A stretch of 64,000 nucleotides of DNA from Macrostomum hystrix (Eukaryota; Animalia; Platyhelminthes): the NCBI GenBank assembly GCA_950097015.1, contig CATNEN010000033.1, positions 3,720,001 to 3,784,000 on the forward strand. The letters run 5' to 3'. The notes under the pieces were generated by a model. That model did no database searches, was not told the origin of the DNA, and saw only the letters and a program-made list of their open reading frames with translations. How positions within the stretch are numbered: the first letter of the stretch is position 1; each line of letters opens with the position of its first letter. This document shows, piece after piece, positions 58,610-64,000 of the stretch. Both the position numbers and the translations under genes were made by a program.

Positions 58610-59388
58610 CAGAATCACAGCAGGATCTGCAGCTAGAATCGCAGCAGGATCTGCGGCTGGAATCACAGCAGGATCTGCAGCTAGAATCACAGCAGGATCT
58701 GCGGCTGGAATCACAGCATGATCTGCAGCTAGAATCCCAGCAAGATCTGCAGCTAGAATCGCAGCAGGATCTGCGGCTGGAATCACAGCAGGATCTGCAG
58801 CTAGAATCACAGCAGGATCTGCGGCTGGAATCACAGCAGGATCTGCAGCTAGAATCACAGCAGGATCTGCAGATAGAATCGCAGCAAGATCTGCAGATAG
58901 AATTGCAGCAGGATCTGCAGCTAGAATCGCAGCAGGATCTGCAGCTAGAATCCCAGCAGGATCTGCAGCTAGAATCCCAGCAGGATCTGCGGCTGGAATC
59001 ACAGCAGGATCTGCAGCTAGAATCACAGCAGGATCTGCAGATAGAATCGCAGCAAGATCTGCAGATAGAATCGCAGCAAGATCTGCAGCTAGAATCGCAG
59101 CAAGATCTGCAGATAGAATCGCAGCAAGATCTGCAGATAGAATTGCAGCAGGATCTGCAGCTAGAATCCCAGCAGGATCTGCAGCTAGAATCCCAGCAGG
59201 ATCTGCAGATAGAATCGCAGCAGGATCTGCAGCTAGAATCCCAGCAGGATCTGCAGCTAGAATCGCAGCAAGATCTGCAGATAGAATCGCAGCAAGATCT
59301 GCAGATAGAATCGCAGCAGGATCTGCAGCTAGAATCGCAGCAGGATCTGCAGCTAGAATCGCAGCAAGATCTGCAGATAGAATCGCAG
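58610..59388. repeat. 21-bp minisatellite
   Basis: Tandem GCA(G/A)GATCTGCAG(C/A)TAGAATC. Confidence 0.95.
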
Positions 59389-59942
59389 ATTGTTTATTTG
59401 TGGTATTATAGAAAGATTTTTTATGCCAGAAACCCTACTTTCAGTAGCGATATACGAAAATCAGTTTAGTGACTGTTGAATATGTCAAAAAAATCAAGTG
59501 ACTGCATTGGAACTATCATTCTTTAATCTGCTTTTAAGATGCTGCCAAGGCACTTTGAAGCGAGACTTTTACACCTTGCATTCCAGCTGCTACATCTGCC
59601 ACTATGCCCACGTATCTGTCACTTTCAACTTGCTTATCTCAGCGGAATATCTTGGAAAATCTAAAAAAATGCACCGATGAAGCGCCCATGAGACACAGGA
59701 GTGAAGTGAAGAGCGAGAGGGGGAAAGCCATTCATGTCTGACTAGATATTTTTGCTGACTAAAATGCTTTCAGCAATACAAGAATTGCTTGCTGAATGAC
59801 AGGTGTGGCACTTGCATTCCTCTCTCCTCTGTTTCTTCTTCCAGAGCCTCTGCTTCTCACCAGAGTCAGTCTGTTCTAGAGGAGACAACTGGTCTTGTCT
59901 TTCCTTATCAGATGAGCGGCTATAGGCGACTGCTGCGAGCCT

Positions 59943-59972
59943 CTGATTGGCTGATTAGCCTTGACCAATCAG
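59943..59972. promoter_or_regulatory. Inverted pair of CCAAT boxes
   Basis: CTGATTGG (59943-59950) and CCAATCAG (59965-59972); no linked gene identified. Confidence 0.25.
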
Positions 59973-60349
59973 GAAGCGAGAATCTACCTTCGCTCGGCTA
60001 ATGGCCATGGGAAAAGTCGCTGCTGCTGCTTGTGTTGTTAAAGGCGCACTTAGCTTTAAGATATTTCGGAGAAAATTTTTCAAAACTAATATGCCTATTT
60101 CGGCGTGGATATTTTGGTAAGCTGCCCGACCTCATGCTGCATTGGTTCACCTTCAATTTGATAGTCCAATCTGGATAATCAATTCACTGCCAGAACTGCC
60201 TAATAAGCTCTACTGCCAGTCAATGCTGAAAGTAAAAAAACCGTTACGAGAACCCACACACACCTGAGCACTGCTCAACTGGGACACTGCAGGGAATGGA
60301 AGACTGTTTTGCAATGGACTTTTTGAATTTAAGCGAGGAAGAGAGGAAA

Positions 60350-60580
60350 ATTAGGGATAAGTGAGGAAGAGGGAAGAATAAGTGATAGATTAGAAAGAGG
60401 GAGAATTAGGGATAGGTGAGGAATTAGGGAGAATTAGGGATAGGTGAGGAATTAGGGAGAATTAGGGATAGGTGAGGAATTAGGGAGAATTAGGGATAGG
60501 TGATGAAGATGAGAGAATTAGGGATAGGTGAGGAATTAGGGAGAATTAGGGAAAGGTGAGGAAGAGGGGAGAATTAGGGA
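60350..60580. repeat. Purine-rich minisatellite of about 29 bp containing TTAGGG
   Basis: Tandem GAGAATTAGGGATAGGTGAGGAATTAGGG. Confidence 0.9.
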
Positions 60581-61059
60581 TTGTTAAGGATGAGATAAAA
60601 ATTGGGATTTGTCGCAGAAGAATGTGTGAATTTCATGTGTGATTCTTTCAGTGCGGAAGATGCAAAAGCGACCTGAATAAGCGTATGAAAGTCACACTTT
60701 CAGTCCCCAATGTCACCTGATGATGCCAGTCATAAATGATAGTCATTAAAAGTCGTGAAAATGGAAACATGTGGCAAGGCGCTCTATGCAAAGCAGAACG
60801 GGCGGTGCAATTTAAGCCTGAGTAGAGCAGAATTTCAAACTTCCAAGGCAAGCTTTCTCCGATAAAACTGACGCACATCAGGACTCAACATGTGCTCAGA
60901 GAATTTCGACTTTCCGGCATTGAAAAAAAGGCAGAAATTCAAGAATATTGTTGCTGGGGAAGTTGAATGCTAGTGACATTGCCAAGATAGTATTTCAACT
61001 TTCAACGTTCCCTAACGAAAAAGTTATTCGCCAAGTAGGAAGAGGCTGGGAGAGTTGGT

Positions 61060-61235
61060 AGACAGGGAGACGGAGATAGATGGTAGACAGGGAGAGGGAG
61101 AGAGATGGTAGACAGGGAGAGGGAGAGAGATGGTAGACAGGGAGAGGGAGAGAGATGGTAGACAGGGAGACGGAGATAGATGGTAGACAGGGAGAGGGAG
61201 AGAGACGGTAGACAGGGAGAGGGAGAGAGATGGTA
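61060..61235. repeat. Purine-rich minisatellite of about 24 bp
   Basis: Tandem GAGAGATGGTAGACAGGGAGAGG-type units. Confidence 0.9.
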
Positions 61236-61714
61236 GTGGAGTGGATGGTAGTGGAAATTAATGGCAGAAGTTCTCGCTGAAAAGTGCGATGACACCCCAA
61301 CATTCGCTGAAAGGTCCCTAGTGCATTACAGCTTGAAGGAATATATTTTTTCATAACTAGCTCGTAGCAAGCAATTTGAACAAGCCAATGCCAGAAAAAA
61401 AACTGAAATTTTCTGTTGCAGAACACACTGGAAATGTTTGGCTTGGTTCGAAAGTTTTTCAATATCCCACAGTTAGGGGAAAAGGCCGTGTTGCTAACTG
61501 CTTCAGTCACCACTAAATATGCTTTTTAACTGGCTGTTGAGGCATCGGGTTTCGCGGCCACCGTCAGGGTTTTTTGGACTGCTTTTGGCAAACTATTTTC
61601 CTCGGCGTGCTGAATGCGAGCAAAATATGCGGAAACAACTCTGGCAAGGTTTCAGCTGAGTCAGAAAGAAAAGTGTTCACATTTATACGTTTCATCAAAT
61701 AGGGGCGTACTATA

Positions 61715-63110
61715 AGGTCAATCGTAGCCGTAGCTAGAATCGTAGCCGTAGCTACAATCGTTGCCATCCCTAGAGTCGTAGCCATTCATTGAATCGCAGC
61801 CATATCCAGAATCGTAGCCATATCTAGAATCGTAGCCATATCTAGAATCGTAGGCATATCCAGAATCGTAGCCATATCTAGAATCGTAGGCATATCCAGA
61901 ATCGTAGCCGTATCTAGAATCGTAGCCACATCTAGAATCGTAGGCATATCTAGAATCGTAGGCATATCCAGAATCGTAGCCATATCTAGAATCGTAGGCA
62001 TATCCAGAATCGTAGCCGTATCTAGAATCGTAGCCACATCTAGAATCGTAGCCACATCTAGAATCGTAGCCATATCTAGAATCGTAGCCATATCTAGAAT
62101 CGTAGGCATATCCAGAATCGTAGCCATATCTAGAATCGTAGCCATATCCAGAATCGTAGCCATATCTAGAATCGTAGGCATATCCAGAATCGTAGCCATA
62201 TCTAGAATCGTAGCCATATCTAGAATCGTAGCCATATCCAGAATCGTAGCCATATCTAGAATCGTAGCCATATCCAGAATCGTAGCCATATCTAGAATCG
62301 TAGCCGTATCTAGAATCGTAGCCACATCTAGAATCGTAGCCATATCTAGAATCGCAGGCATATCCAGAATCGTAGCCATATCCAGAATCGTAGCCATATC
62401 TAGAATCGTAGCCATATCTAGAATCGTAGCCATATCTAGAATCGTAGGCATATCTAGAATCGTAGCCATATCTAGAATCGTAGCCATATCTAGAATCGTA
62501 GCCATATCTAGAATCGTAGCCATATCTAGAATCGTAGCCATATCTAGAATCGTAGGCATATCCAGAATCGTAGCCATATCTAGAATCGCAGCCATATCCA
62601 GAATCGTAGCCATATCTAGAATCGTAGCCATATCTAGAATCGTAGCCATATCTAGAATCGTAGCCACATCTAGAATCGTAGCCATTCTTAGAATCGTAGC
62701 CATTCCTAGAATCGTAGCCACATCTAGAATCGTAGCCATTTCTAGAATCGTAGCCATTCCTAGAATCGTAGCCATCCTAGAATCGTAGCCATACCTACTC
62801 GTAGAATCGTAGCCATACCTAGAATCGTAGCCATTCCTAGAATCGTAGACATTCCTAGAATCGTAGCCATTCCTAGAATCGTAGCCATTCCTAGAATCGT
62901 AGCCATTCCTAGAATCGTAGCCATTCCTAGAATCGTAGCCATACCTACTCGTAGAATCGTAGCCATACCTAGAATCGTAGCCATTCCTAGAATCGTAGAC
63001 ATTCCTAGAATCGTAGCCATTCCTAGAATCGTAGCCATTCCTAGAATCGTAGCCATTCCTAGAATCATAGCCATGCCTTGAATCGTAGCCATGCCTTAAA
63101 TCGTAGCCCA
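61715..63110. repeat. 18-bp minisatellite
   Basis: Tandem C(T/C)AGAATCGTAG(C/G)CAT(A/T)(T/C), about 75 copies. Confidence 0.97.
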
Positions 63111-64000
63111 ATTTCAGGATCCCAGTCATAACTAAATCGTAGCCGCAGCTTAAACGTAGCCACATGTGGCAGCTGCAGTCTGTAATAGTCCGTAAGTCCA
63201 TATTGAATAATAGTCCAAGTTAGGGACATGTACGGAGAGACATAACTTCAAAATGGTAGGAAATCAAGTTCTGAGCAGTCGCGCCAGCAATCAGCAATTT
63301 ATCATGCGAGTTTTGGCCCACAAAAGAAACCCGGCCTTCCCAGACTCGGCTTCATTTCCTGAGCAGCCTCCACCGCCTCGCATTTCCCAACGGCCCATGA
63401 GAAAAGAAAGGTGAGAAAAGTGGTCGACTAATGTCGGGTCGATCCCATCACAGGCTCTCAAGACCTCTGGGGTTTTATCGAAAGTGTCATGAGGTGGGGA
63501 TGGGAATATGGATCTTCGGCCGGGAGCAGCGACAAGAAGTTTTGAGAAGATCAGAGCAGGATTGAGACCTGCGGGAACTGCATTGCTTTGAATTTAGCCG
63601 CGCCGTGTGCACAGTTTCCCAGGCTCCTCATCTTGGAAAAGAGGATGAAAAAAAACAATTTCCAGCTTATTTTTCTCTATTTAATTTGCCTTCTCGGGCC
63701 AATGTGCTAATGCTAATATCCCAGTTAATTTATTTCGTCAGAAATCTGATACAGACAAGACCTTCATATGTGTCTGCCGAAATGGTGCACTTCTCTCAGG
63801 AAACTGGGGAGGGGACCCCGACAGGACATGAAAAATGAAGGCACCCCAGGGAGGTTCAGCGCCGGGCCAGTTCGTCATTAATTGTTAATCGGAAAGTCGC
63901 GCACGACTTGTTGACGCGCGAATCACTCGACTAGAAATTTTTCAAACTGAATTGTGCTCAAATCGGGGTCTCAAATCGTACTGCGCAGGTTGCTGCTGGC

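Noticed and set aside
58561-59469. 302-aa heptad (LESQQDL/Q)n ORF resembling a coiled coil
   Set aside because: Fully explained by a 21-bp array of the CTAGAATCG family; non-ATG start and no unique domain.
61786-63201. 471-aa (MATILD)n / (GYDSRN)n ORF
   Set aside because: 18-bp array read-through with a frame switch inside the repeat; no supporting gene structure.

Overview
Eukaryotic (animal) genomic DNA, not prokaryotic: spliced genes with GC-rich, Ala/Gly-rich exons, AT-rich intergenic blocks and more than 30 different minisatellites. This composition suggests a free-living flatworm such as Macrostomum; that is an inference only. I rebuilt gene models by hand from GT/AG sites and reading-frame phase. 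They are: glycerol-3-phosphate dehydrogenase GPD1 (minus, 5 exons, 353 aa); a perilipin (plus, 3 exons, 304 aa) head-to-head with it; one or two uncharacterised multi-pass membrane protein genes (minus, 13-16 kb); a 24-exon TEP1 (minus, TROVE-NACHT-WD40, about 2895 aa); a short AATF/Bfr2 (plus, 4 exons, about 314 aa); and a roughly 1237-aa protein with about 29 ankyrin repeats and a C-terminal CARD-like domain (minus, 7 exons). The window also holds two tRNA-derived SINE families, a TIR element with an 8-bp TSD plus an inverted duplicate of its right end, and a local tandem duplication. Most long ORFs in the supplied track are read-throughs of minisatellites. About 56-64 kb has no gene I can support. 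No database searches were run; homology calls rest on recalled family motifs.
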